NCBI GenBank assembly: GCA_038058475.1
Contig: JBBUAW010000004.1
Location: 1 to 53,626, forward strand
DNA length: 53,626 bases
Source of the DNA: Patescibacteria group bacterium
GTDB taxonomy: Bacteria; Patescibacteriota; Minisyncoccia; Phycocordibacterales; JACOZG01
Direction of reading: 5' to 3'
The notes under the pieces are model-generated. The model did not search any database. It was not told the origin of the DNA and worked only from the letters and a program-made list of their open reading frames with translations. Positions 8,668 to 16,525 of this stretch are shown in pieces. Made by a program: the position numbers and the translations under genes. Positions within the stretch are counted from its first letter, which is position 1. Every line of letters starts with the position of its first letter.

Positions 8668-9960
8668 ATGCACACCTTTGATTTATCAATGGAGCACATC
8701 ACGAAAGTGGAAGGCAGTGCCGCGCTTAATTTGCGCGTGGTCGATGGGCGGGTTAAAGAAGTACATTTTGCCCTGACGGAATACAAACGATTTTTTACCG
8801 AAGCTCTAAAAGGCAAATCGTTGGCGGCGATTCCGCCGCATTTGGCGCGAATCTGCGGCACTTGTTCCAACGCTCACATTATGGCCAGTATTGAAGCCTG
8901 TGAAAAAGCTTTAGGCATCGTTCCCACTTCCCAGACCAAACTTTTGCGCGCGCTCACGATGCACGGCCTGATGATTCGCGATCACGCCTTACATCTCTAT
9001 TTATTTTCGCTGCCGGATATTTTTGGCAAGGACGCTTTTCTGGATTTGGATGAAAATGATTCCATTGAACACCAATTGCTTCATGACGGTTTTGACACGA
9101 AATCGGCCGGTAATTTTTTGGCGACTTTGGTGGCCGGACGAAGCGTGCACGCGACTTATCCGGTCATCGGCGGCTACCTGAAATTTCCCGATCCGGCGGG
9201 CGTGGCCGAGGCGATTGAAAAACTTCAAGCGATCCGGCCGGCCGTCCGGCGCCTGGTGGAAATCTTTAAAAACGCACCATTCCATTTTGACCGCCAGACA
9301 AAATATATGGCTCTCGTGCCGGACAATAATTACGGTTATCTGGAAGGCAAGATTATGACCAGCGCCGGCGAAAGTTATGATGAAAGCCAGTTTCGGGCGC
9401 ATCTGGAACATGTCGTGCTGCCTTATTCTCAAGCTTCGGCCTACACTTACGAGGGCGAAGGTTATATGGTGGGCGCGCTGGCGCGCCTGAATTTGGCGAA
9501 AGATAAATTGCACCCTAAAACCAAAGAATCGCTGGCGGCGGTCTTAAAACTTTTTCCGGCCACCGATATCTATTTGAATAATGTCGCTCAAGCCGTGGAA
9601 ATTCTGCACGCGGTGGACGAGTCAATAGAAATTCTTTCCAATCAAATGTTTTCGCCGGAGCCGGTGATTAAGGCGGAAGTAAAAGAGAGCGTCGGGGTCG
9701 GCGTCATTGAAGCGCCGCGGGGCACGCTCTATCACAAACTAGTCATCGGCGCGGACGGCCAGGTGAAAGAAGGGGAAGTCGTGGTGCCGACCGGCCAAAA
9801 CCAAATCAACATTGAGCGCGACATCGCGCGGTTGGTGCAGGAATTAGTTGACCAAAACACGGCGCAAGAAAAAATCGCTCCGGAAATTGAAAAACTGATT
9901 CGCGCCTATGATCCGTGCATGAGTTGCGGCTCGCATTTTTTGAAAGTTAATTGGGAGTAA
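8668..9960 (+). CDS. [NiFe]-hydrogenase large subunit, group 3b-related
   Basis: TKVEG, L1 RICGTCSNAH, EAPRGTLYH, VVPT, L2 YDPCMSCGSH followed by a 7-aa tail FLKVNWE. Confidence 0.93.
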   Translation: MHTFDLSMEHITKVEGSAALNLRVVDGRVKEVHFALTEYKRFFTEALKGKSLAAIPPHLARICGTCSNAHIMASIEACEKALGIVPTSQTKLLRALTMHGLMIRDHALHLYLFSLPDIFGKDAFLDLDENDSIEHQLLHDGFDTKSAGNFLATLVAGRSVHATYPVIGGYLKFPDPAGVAEAIEKLQAIRPAVRRLVEIFKNAPFHFDRQTKYMALVPDNNYGYLEGKIMTSAGESYDESQFRAHLEHVVLPYSQASAYTYEGEGYMVGALARLNLAKDKLHPKTKESLAAVLKLFPATDIYLNNVAQAVEILHAVDESIEILSNQMFSPEPVIKAEVKESVGVGVIEAPRGTLYHKLVIGADGQVKEGEVVVPTGQNQINIERDIARLVQELVDQNTAQEKIAPEIEKLIRAYDPCMSCGSHFLKVNWE

Positions 9961-10829
9961 TAAATTACCAAACTAATTCCGCCCACGTACAAGATTGTTG
10001 TCGCCAGATTGCTGATGGAAAAAGAGCGAGTGATGAACAAAGCCGAAAGAATGTTTGTTACTAGCGTCGCGGGGACAAGCAACGCGGCGACATAAGTCGC
10101 CGCCGCGCGTTTCAGCGCGGCGTACCAAGTCAGAACATAACCAACGAGCAGCACAGCGGTTAATAAAATCCAACCCCAATTTGCTCCTGAAAGTTTGGCT
10201 GCTTCGCCGAAGCCGCCGGTGAGCGAAAGATAACCGGCCAACAAAATGGCACCGAAGACCATTCGGGCCCCGGCCACCGTTAAACTAGAAATATCCGCCA
10301 GAACTTTTTTGGCGATAATATTTTCAATCGCCCACAAAATTGTGGCAACCAAAATCAGCAATTCACCGGTGTTAAATTTGAATCCAGTAAACCCGCCGAC
10401 AAACAGATTAGCCGCGAAGATAATTCCAATACCAAACCACTGTTGCCAAACCAGCCGTTCTTTGAGGAAGAAGATAGCCAAGAAAGCGACGAACAAAAAG
10501 AGGGTTTTGTGAATTAAGGCGCCATTGATCGCACTAGTTTGGGCCAGGCCGGTAAAAAATAAAGCGAAAGGCAACGCGCCGCCGACCGCGCCAATCAACG
10601 CCAGTTGCGCCCACTGTTTCGCCCGAAACGTTTTTATTTCCGACCAACGTTTAAACACAATAAAAATTCCCAAAATAAAAATCGCCACCAAACTGTTTTT
10701 AATAGTCGTGAACAGCACTGGATTGCTGAAACCAGTAACGGCCAATTTGTTCACAAAATTAGCCACGCCGGAAATCAGCGCGGTCGTTAAAGCCAAAAGA
10801 ACAGCCGATTTGGATATTTTCATATTCAT
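9906..10829 (-). CDS. EamA/DMT-family transporter
   Basis: About 10 hydrophobic segments in two repeats; FFLKERL motif. Confidence 0.88.
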   Translation of the reverse strand: MNMKISKSAVLLALTTALISGVANFVNKLAVTGFSNPVLFTTIKNSLVAIFILGIFIVFKRWSEIKTFRAKQWAQLALIGAVGGALPFALFFTGLAQTSAINGALIHKTLFLFVAFLAIFFLKERLVWQQWFGIGIIFAANLFVGGFTGFKFNTGELLILVATILWAIENIIAKKVLADISSLTVAGARMVFGAILLAGYLSLTGGFGEAAKLSGANWGWILLTAVLLVGYVLTWYAALKRAAATYVAALLVPATLVTNILSALFITRSFSISNLATTILYVGGISLVIYYSQLTFKKCEPQLMHGS

Positions 10830-10843
10830 TATTATAAATTATA

Positions 10844-11221
10844 TCACGTTAATTTAGAAATAATATCACCAGTTAATCTGACCGCCGTTTCAACCGCGAT
10901 CGCCGGCGGCAAGCCGATAATTTTTATTTCTTTTAAACGGCCGATTTTTTTCAGTAACCGGAGGTTGGCCAACGCGTCAAAATCGTGCATAGAAATTCTG
11001 GGCGCGGCCGTGAATTTTTCCAGAGACTCAAAGATAGTAATTTTTTTCAGATTGATCACGGTGTCAATCACTATCAGTTTAACCGGCACCGCCCAGTCTT
11101 CGTTCGGGTCTTTCACTTCAAATCTGATTGATGGAAATTTTGCCTTCAATTCGGGCAAGATTCGCAACGGCAGAGAATCTGACGGCAAATCCAGATTACC
11201 AAAAACATAAACCGTTTTCAT
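10844..11221 (-). CDS. Hydrogenase maturation endopeptidase-like protein (short, divergent HycI/HybD fold)
   Basis: VYVFGNLDLPSD, LIVIDTV and SMHDF parallel the GN..DD, D-A and SxH motifs of HycI/HybD; located next to the hydrogenase. Confidence 0.65.
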   Translation of the reverse strand: MKTVYVFGNLDLPSDSLPLRILPELKAKFPSIRFEVKDPNEDWAVPVKLIVIDTVINLKKITIFESLEKFTAAPRISMHDFDALANLRLLKKIGRLKEIKIIGLPPAIAVETAVRLTGDIISKLT

Positions 11222-11230
11222 CTTTTTATT

Positions 11231-11986
11231 TTAAATCGTTTGATTAGCCAGCGCTATGCTTTTTAGAGTATATTTTTTAAGCGTCGCCGCTTGTTTTTTG
11301 GTAATCACTTCGCAGGGCACGCTCCAGTGGATGGAAACAATTTGGCCGGGCTTGATTTGTTCAATATCATACTCCGCTTCTAATTGTCGAATTAAAATTT
11401 TAATTATCGGCTGGCCCAAGGCGAGTTTGCTTTGAACATAAATAAGCGGTTCTGTCAGCACGGTGATTTCCGGCCCCTTGATAGTAACCACCGTGCCGGC
11501 GCTGACGCGGCATTCGTCCAGACTTTGGAGCGTTTGCGCCACCTCGGCGTTTCCCGTGCGCCGCCAAATGTTAAAAACATGGAAGGAATGATGGGGAACC
11601 GCGCCCTGCGCGATTTTTTCTTCCAGCCATTTAAATTCTCGGCTGCCAATGATTTTTTTCACCTCCAGATTGTCGGTGAGAAAATGGTGTAATTTTCTTT
11701 TTTCCACTACTTCCAACAACCAATTGCCGAGCCAGTAAGCTTCCACCACGCGCCAGTTAAACGGATTTTTGATCCGATTAGCTTCCGCAATATGCCAGAG
11801 ATAAGGATAAAGAGTTTTAAATTGCTTGAGTAATTTAGCTAATCCGAAATCGGTTGCGCCGGCTTCAATATTCGCGCGCAGTTCCGCGTTGGCGTCCGGT
11901 CCGCAATAATGCAGACGGTTCGGACCGAAAGCATAACGGCCACAGCGCAGAATCCCTGCCATTTGGTCAGCCGAAGTATTTTTCAC
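11231..11986 (-). CDS. Uncharacterised DUF6390-like protein with HypC-like C-terminal region
   Basis: YAFGPNRLHYCGP, LYPYL, VVEAYWLGN, PHHSFHVF, CRVSAG, VSIHW. Family name recalled from motifs, not searched. Confidence 0.7.
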   Translation of the reverse strand: MKNTSADQMAGILRCGRYAFGPNRLHYCGPDANAELRANIEAGATDFGLAKLLKQFKTLYPYLWHIAEANRIKNPFNWRVVEAYWLGNWLLEVVEKRKLHHFLTDNLEVKKIIGSREFKWLEEKIAQGAVPHHSFHVFNIWRRTGNAEVAQTLQSLDECRVSAGTVVTIKGPEITVLTEPLIYVQSKLALGQPIIKILIRQLEAEYDIEQIKPGQIVSIHWSVPCEVITKKQAATLKKYTLKSIALANQTI

Positions 11987-12632
11987 TGTAAAATTTCAGC
12001 AATTCTTCAGCCTTGGGCAGGCAAGCCGGATTACCGATGCCGACTTTAGTTTTCTTCTGCAGATCACTCAGCGTCCGCGCGCCTTCAATCACCGCTTCTT
12101 CAATGTCCGCTTCCGTTACTTTGGTATCGGGATCAATAATAGCCGTGCCTTCAACGATCACGCGCTGATACTGGCCGGTTTGTTTAAACCAGTCGTTTAA
12201 CGCCGCGCACAAGGCCTTATCGCCCAGCACCGAGCAATGAATCTTACGGTCGGGCAGGCCGCCCAATCGTTTGGTGATGTCCTGTGGCCTGATCGCCAGC
12301 GCCTGATCCACCTTCAGACCGCCGTGCTCGGTCACCATCACCGACAACATTGAGGTCGCGGCGATCGCGCTGGCGCAGCCGAAAGTTCGCCATTTAAATT
12401 CTTTAATCCGATCGGTCGCCGGATCAACTTTTAGCCAAACCCTCATCACGTCGCCGCAAGCGGGCGAACCGATGATTCCTTGAGCGTTGTATTGATCGGT
12501 TTTCGGGTCTTGCAACAACAGATTTCGCGGTTGGAAAAAATGTTCCTTCACCATCTTGCTATACACCCAACTGCCGGCAGTCCGGCTGATCACCTCCGGC
12601 TTGATATTTTTTGATTTATTTTTTTTAATCAT
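11967..12632 (-). CDS. iscU: Fe-S scaffold IscU/NifU N-domain fused to a degenerate BFD-like domain
   Basis: YSKMVKEHF, GSPACGD, FGCASAIA, KIHCSVL; C-terminal VTEADIEEAVIEGARTL. Confidence 0.9.
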   Translation of the reverse strand: MIKKNKSKNIKPEVISRTAGSWVYSKMVKEHFFQPRNLLLQDPKTDQYNAQGIIGSPACGDVMRVWLKVDPATDRIKEFKWRTFGCASAIAATSMLSVMVTEHGGLKVDQALAIRPQDITKRLGGLPDRKIHCSVLGDKALCAALNDWFKQTGQYQRVIVEGTAIIDPDTKVTEADIEEAVIEGARTLSDLQKKTKVGIGNPACLPKAEELLKFYSEKYFG

Positions 12633-13926
12633 ATTTTTTTACTTTTTTGATCGCGTAAAGTGCGGTGCGCGTAAAGTGTGGTGTTTGGCCGCCGATAAAC
12701 GCTTGGGGCAAGGAAATTAATTTTTTCCGACTGGTTAATTTTAAATTAAGCGGCGACATTTGGCGAAGATCGCTCACAATTATCGACAGATGTTTAAGCA
12801 CGTAATTTATTGCCGATCTCGTCGTCTCTCTGCCCAAAGTAAAACGCAGACTGCCGTGAATGTATTCGTAAGGCCGGCCGAGAGCCTCAATGATATAAGA
12901 CGGTTCAAGGGTTTGAGAATTGCACGCCGAACCGGTGCCGACCGAGATATTTTTATCGTCCAAACGCAAAAGCATCGCCTCGCCCTCAATGTCCAAAATG
13001 GAAACATTCAAAAAATTCGGGAGACGTTTGACCGGGTGACCATTCAAAATTACTTTCGGTATCCGGTTTAAAATTTGTTTTTCCAAATAATCGCGCAAAA
13101 TTTTAATTCGCCGCGTTTCTTTCTTTCGTTCTTGAGTCACCAGCTCAAGGGCTTTGGCAAAACCGATAATCGCCGGCAAGTTTTCGGTTCCCGAACGAAG
13201 ATTGTTTTGCTGGCCGCCGCCGTAAATGAGCGGTGTTAATTTCAACTTACCTCGAACCAGAAGACCGCCGATACCTTTCGGCCCGCCGAGTTTGTGGGCG
13301 GACAGAGTCAATAAATCAACCAGCAAATGTTCGGCGTCAATGTTTAAATAAGCGGCGGCTTGAGTCGCGTCGGTGTGAAGGTAGGGATGCGCCTGCCCTC
13401 GCGCGCGGCGAAACTTTTTCACTAACGCGGCAATTTGTTGAATGGGCTGGATGGTTCCGGTTTCGCTGTCGGCCAAAGTGACGGATAACAGAATCGTTTT
13501 TTCATTAAGGGCCGCGGCTAATTGTCGAAGATTGATCAGGCCGTTTTTATTGACGCCGATAGTAACGATTTCAAAACCTTCGGTAGCCAAGGCCGCGGCC
13601 GCGGCCAGAATCCCTTTGTGCTCAACCGCCGAAACAATAATACGGTTTCCTTGAGATTTTAACGCTCGCGCCGCGCCCAAAATCGCCAGGTTATCCGCTT
13701 CGGTGGCGGAGCCGGTAAAAATAAATTCGGCCGGCGGGCCGCCAAAAATATCAATAATTTTTTGCCGCGCGCAATCCAACGCTTGTCTCGCTTCGTGCCC
13801 TAATTTATACAAACTGGCGGAATTACCGAATCGGCGGCTGAAAAAGGGGAGCATCGCTCGCATGACTCGGGGGTCAAGCGGCGCGGTCGCGGCGTAATCA
13901 AAATAGTATTTAGTCAATGCTCGCAT
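12625..13926 (-). CDS. iscS: Cysteine desulfurase IscS/NifS
   Basis: YFDYAATAP, GSATEADN, HTDATQ, SAHKLGGPKG (PLP Lys), RSGTEN, GSAC. ATG 13926 follows TGTTATACT. Confidence 0.93.
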   Translation of the reverse strand: MRALTKYYFDYAATAPLDPRVMRAMLPFFSRRFGNSASLYKLGHEARQALDCARQKIIDIFGGPPAEFIFTGSATEADNLAILGAARALKSQGNRIIVSAVEHKGILAAAAALATEGFEIVTIGVNKNGLINLRQLAAALNEKTILLSVTLADSETGTIQPIQQIAALVKKFRRARGQAHPYLHTDATQAAAYLNIDAEHLLVDLLTLSAHKLGGPKGIGGLLVRGKLKLTPLIYGGGQQNNLRSGTENLPAIIGFAKALELVTQERKKETRRIKILRDYLEKQILNRIPKVILNGHPVKRLPNFLNVSILDIEGEAMLLRLDDKNISVGTGSACNSQTLEPSYIIEALGRPYEYIHGSLRFTLGRETTRSAINYVLKHLSIIVSDLRQMSPLNLKLTSRKKLISLPQAFIGGQTPHFTRTALYAIKKVKKYD

Positions 13927-13966
13927 CGCCCGTCCAGTATAACAGAAAACAGGGGAGTTATTTAAA

Positions 13967-14004
13967 AACAAAAAAAACGCCAGACTTGGTGGCCTAGCGT
14001 TTTT
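13967..14004 (-). terminator. Probable intrinsic terminator of the 63-aa gene
   Basis: AAAAACGC...GCGTTTTT inverted repeat with a U-run on the minus strand. Confidence 0.5.
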
Positions 14005-14019
14005 AACCCCTTTTGCCGG

Positions 14020-14211
14020 TCACTCCAAATCGGCGATGATAGGAAGTGGCGTTTTTGCTTTTTCCCTGCAACCGGGGCAGTTAATATTCTCAAGATCAGT
14101 GGCCTCGGTCCAGGAATGTTCCGGCGGCCAGTTCTCTAATTCGTCATCTGAAAACCCACACAACGGTCTCTCATCAACAAGTGCATGGACGATCAAATCC
14201 CTGTTTTCCAT
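14020..14211 (-). CDS. Small hypothetical protein, possible zinc finger
   Basis: H-x8-C...CPGC; SD-like AAGGTGA upstream; own terminator. Confidence 0.65.
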   Translation of the reverse strand: MENRDLIVHALVDERPLCGFSDDELENWPPEHSWTEATDLENINCPGCREKAKTPLPIIADLE

Positions 14212-14355
14212 TGTTTCTCACCTTTTAAACAAAAAACCCCAATTTGTCCAAAAACTACTCACAATATTATCACACTATTTTAACACTGGCAAGTGCCGTA
14301 ATATATCATGGCCTTCGCAACACCAAAGAGAGTAAAATAGCGACTGGCGCGCCGT

Positions 14356-14832
14356 CTAATTTATTTTCCCGACAAGCACCACATAATTCTTGCCGTATTT
14401 TTTGGCACACTTGGGGCAGGTGGTGTACCACCAGTATTGTTTGACAACTTTCAAATTTTTGCTTTTCGCGTCCGCGTCGTATTCCGCACACCATTTATTG
14501 ATATTACTGTAGGATCCTTCGTAGACTTTGCTTACAAATTTTCCGGATAATGTTGTGTTTTCGGCGTCAGCGACTTCCTTGTCCACTGCCACATATAAAT
14601 CCATATTCCATTTTGAGGTATGGTCGGAAAGCCATATTCCGTCTTGAATTGTAGCGCCGGCTTTTTCCACTTTCTCATAAACTCGCTTCATAACTCCGCC
14701 AAAATTCATCGGCATGTAAAACAAAATAAAAACTTTATCTTTGATAAATTTTTTATTCGCCCACTCAAAAACTTTTCCGTCCCAAAGAACGGGATCAAAC
14801 TTAGGACAACATTCTTGATTTTGATTGTTCAT
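14356..14832 (-). CDS. Conserved hypothetical protein (GyrI-like fold), with CCP and CPKC motifs
   Basis: ECCPKFDP...SKVYEGSY...YTTCPKCAKKYGKNYVV. Confidence 0.75.
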   Translation of the reverse strand: MNNQNQECCPKFDPVLWDGKVFEWANKKFIKDKVFILFYMPMNFGGVMKRVYEKVEKAGATIQDGIWLSDHTSKWNMDLYVAVDKEVADAENTTLSGKFVSKVYEGSYSNINKWCAEYDADAKSKNLKVVKQYWWYTTCPKCAKKYGKNYVVLVGKIN

Positions 14833-14865
14833 AGATTTTTCCGCGAACCGGCGGATTATTTAATA

Positions 14866-14933
14866 ATAATTATTCGACTATTTTAATTATATCAAATATG
14901 CCGCCACTCCAAGGGTAGTCCTCCGACTGGAGT
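14866..14933. repeat. Promoter plus palindrome module, copy 1
   Basis: TAATTATTCGAC..ATTATATCAAAT..CCGCCACTCCAAGGGTAGTCCTCCGACT, repeated with few changes at 18565-18630. Confidence 0.85.
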
Positions 14934-14966
14934 TCAGCTTTCCTTTTATTTTTGTGTATATTTATA

Positions 14967-15410
14967 TTATTTTTCTACTATTTTTCGCAACTTATCAATA
15001 AAGGCACGTTTCCAAGACCACATAGCGAACCACTTTATCAAAGGTGTTCCTATAACTCTCAATATAGGGCGATGAATTTCAATATCATATAAATAGGTGA
15101 TTTTAGTACCTCCCTCAATATCCTCCATCAAAAATTCTTCGTGACCTGAAGTTCCAAAAGAAGATTGATTGCTAGACCTAAAGCCAATATTAGGCAGAAG
15201 CTCTGTTTGCATTTTTACATCAAAAACTTTCCCGAAAGATTTCACTCGTGCATTCATTTTTTGATGATTTCCTTGCTTTTCAGATATGTGTACTGATTCG
15301 GCAATAGTTGGAAAATATTTTGGCATATTTTCAAAATCAGAAATTATTTTATAAATTTCTTCTTTTGGAGCTTTAATTATCCATGAACCCCTTAATTGTA
15401 ATTTCTTCAT
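14967..15410 (-). CDS. SRPBCC / polyketide cyclase-like protein
   Basis: IKAPKEEIYKIISDFENMPKYFP...GGTKITY. Confidence 0.82.
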   Translation of the reverse strand: MKKLQLRGSWIIKAPKEEIYKIISDFENMPKYFPTIAESVHISEKQGNHQKMNARVKSFGKVFDVKMQTELLPNIGFRSSNQSSFGTSGHEEFLMEDIEGGTKITYLYDIEIHRPILRVIGTPLIKWFAMWSWKRAFIDKLRKIVEK

Positions 15411-15426
15411 ATTCCCATTTAGAACT

Positions 15427-15756
15427 TTAGTCGCTAATAAATAAACTATGCAGAAGAATGAAAAGAATGGTGAGGATTCCTATGCCGACTGACGCATACA
15501 CGAGAATGGAAGACTCCTTGTATTTTCGTATGGCTACTAAGCCCAGAACGAAGGCGGTGAGGCTGGCTAAGCCTAAAACTGGAACGGTAATATCCCACCA
15601 GCGATCGCCATACGAGAGCAAGCCAAGACCATTGACGAGTAATATTGAAATACCAACACCAATCAGGAAAAAAGCATGCAACCACACAGACCACTTTCCT
15701 AAGTGAGTTTTTGGTAAAAAATTTGAGAGTTGTGAGTACCAGTTGTAGGTGGGCAT
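15427..15756 (-). CDS. Small 3-TM membrane protein with a TspO-like N-terminal 10 aa (apparent chimera)
   Basis: ATG 15756: MPTYNWYSQL-SNFLPKTHLGKWSVW...; three hydrophobic segments. Confidence 0.7.
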   Translation of the reverse strand: MPTYNWYSQLSNFLPKTHLGKWSVWLHAFFLIGVGISILLVNGLGLLSYGDRWWDITVPVLGLASLTAFVLGLVAIRKYKESSILVYASVGIGILTILFILLHSLFISD

Positions 15757-15775
15757 ACATTTACTTTTTTCTCCA
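15728..15775. repeat. ~48-bp direct repeat, copy 1 (WRKK-stop / MxTYNWYSQL junction)
   Basis: Minus strand TGGAGAAAAAAGTAAATGTATGCCCACCTACAACTGGTACTCACAACT matches 17289-17369 once a 33-bp insert is removed. Confidence 0.8.
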
Positions 15776-15949
15776 GAATTTAAACTTATCAAAAAACAAG
15801 ATCCGCAAGCCCAACAATTCAAACCCAATAACTGCAAGCCATGATCCGGGCGTAAATGGCGTAAAAAAGGCAAAAAGTCCCACTATGATTAAAATAACGC
15901 CAACTATTTTTTTAATCTTTAGCCTCTCTCTTAAGTGTTCCTCCAACAT
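15761..15949 (-). CDS. Small membrane protein (PGPGW-like)
   Basis: GVILIIVGLFAFFTPFTPGSWLAVIGFELLG. Confidence 0.72.
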   Translation of the reverse strand: MLEEHLRERLKIKKIVGVILIIVGLFAFFTPFTPGSWLAVIGFELLGLRILFFDKFKFWRKK

Positions 15950-15981
15950 TGTGAGATATTTCACAAATTCATTCTACTTGT

Positions 15982-16017
15982 CCCGCCGAAGTCCCACAAT
16001 AGCAGGACGAAGGAGGA
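15982..16017. repeat. Short dispersed hairpin element (CCCG-CCGAA-stem-loop-AAGGAGG)
   Basis: Same architecture as the 33-bp insert at 17312-17344. Confidence 0.55.
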
Positions 16018-16039
16018 CCATTATTTTTAAAATTTTTTA

Positions 16040-16077
16040 CCCCCTCACCAATAATTTGCAAAAGATTGGTGTGGGGG
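16040..16077. repeat. 13-bp inverted repeat (REP-like element or terminator)
   Basis: CCCCCTCACCAAT / ATTGGTGTGGGGG, one mismatch. Confidence 0.65.
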
Positions 16078-16129
16078 CCTTTTCGTTATCCCCGTTGTGG
16101 AGAAAAAAGGGATCAGCGGAGATGCTCCC

Positions 16130-16525
16130 TTAAACCATTTTTGAATACTGATGATAATTTTCTCTTACAGCGTTTTTCCAATTTGCTGTTTCGTTTCCAT
16201 CACCCAAATCTGTCTTGTTATACACCAATAAAACATGAACTATAGATGTGTTCTTGTGAACAGCGACAATACACCTATTACCTGAAGAACGCCTTGATTC
16301 TTGCGTGCCATGAACACGAAATTCAGTTTTACAAATCCTTACATCCCCGACTTCTGTAATAGTTTCCGCAATATTTGTTTGCCCAATCAAAGTGTCAATG
16401 CGCTTAAACTCCTCATGCATACCAACCCATGTCACATCCCAAGCACCTTTATATTTCTTTTTAAAGCTAGAAATAAAGTGTCGTTCTGCGTATTGTTCTA
16501 TTACAACAGCATAATTAGTAAACAT
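16130..16525 (-). CDS. Putative toxin (RelE/HigB-like fold) paired with Panacea antitoxin
   Basis: Overlaps the antitoxin stop by 11 nt; C-terminal SSGNRCIVAV...VLLVYNKTDL resembles RelE-family GxRxI...LxxYxKxD. Confidence 0.6.
   Translation of the reverse strand: MFTNYAVVIEQYAERHFISSFKKKYKGAWDVTWVGMHEEFKRIDTLIGQTNIAETITEVGDVRICKTEFRVHGTQESRRSSGNRCIVAVHKNTSIVHVLLVYNKTDLGDGNETANWKNAVRENYHQYSKMV

Noticed and set aside
15427-15873. ORF-track N-terminal extension (148 aa) and alternative frame 15446..15760
   Set aside because: The extension overlaps the upstream gene out of frame. ATG 15756 gives a clean membrane protein and the alternative frame looks non-coding.
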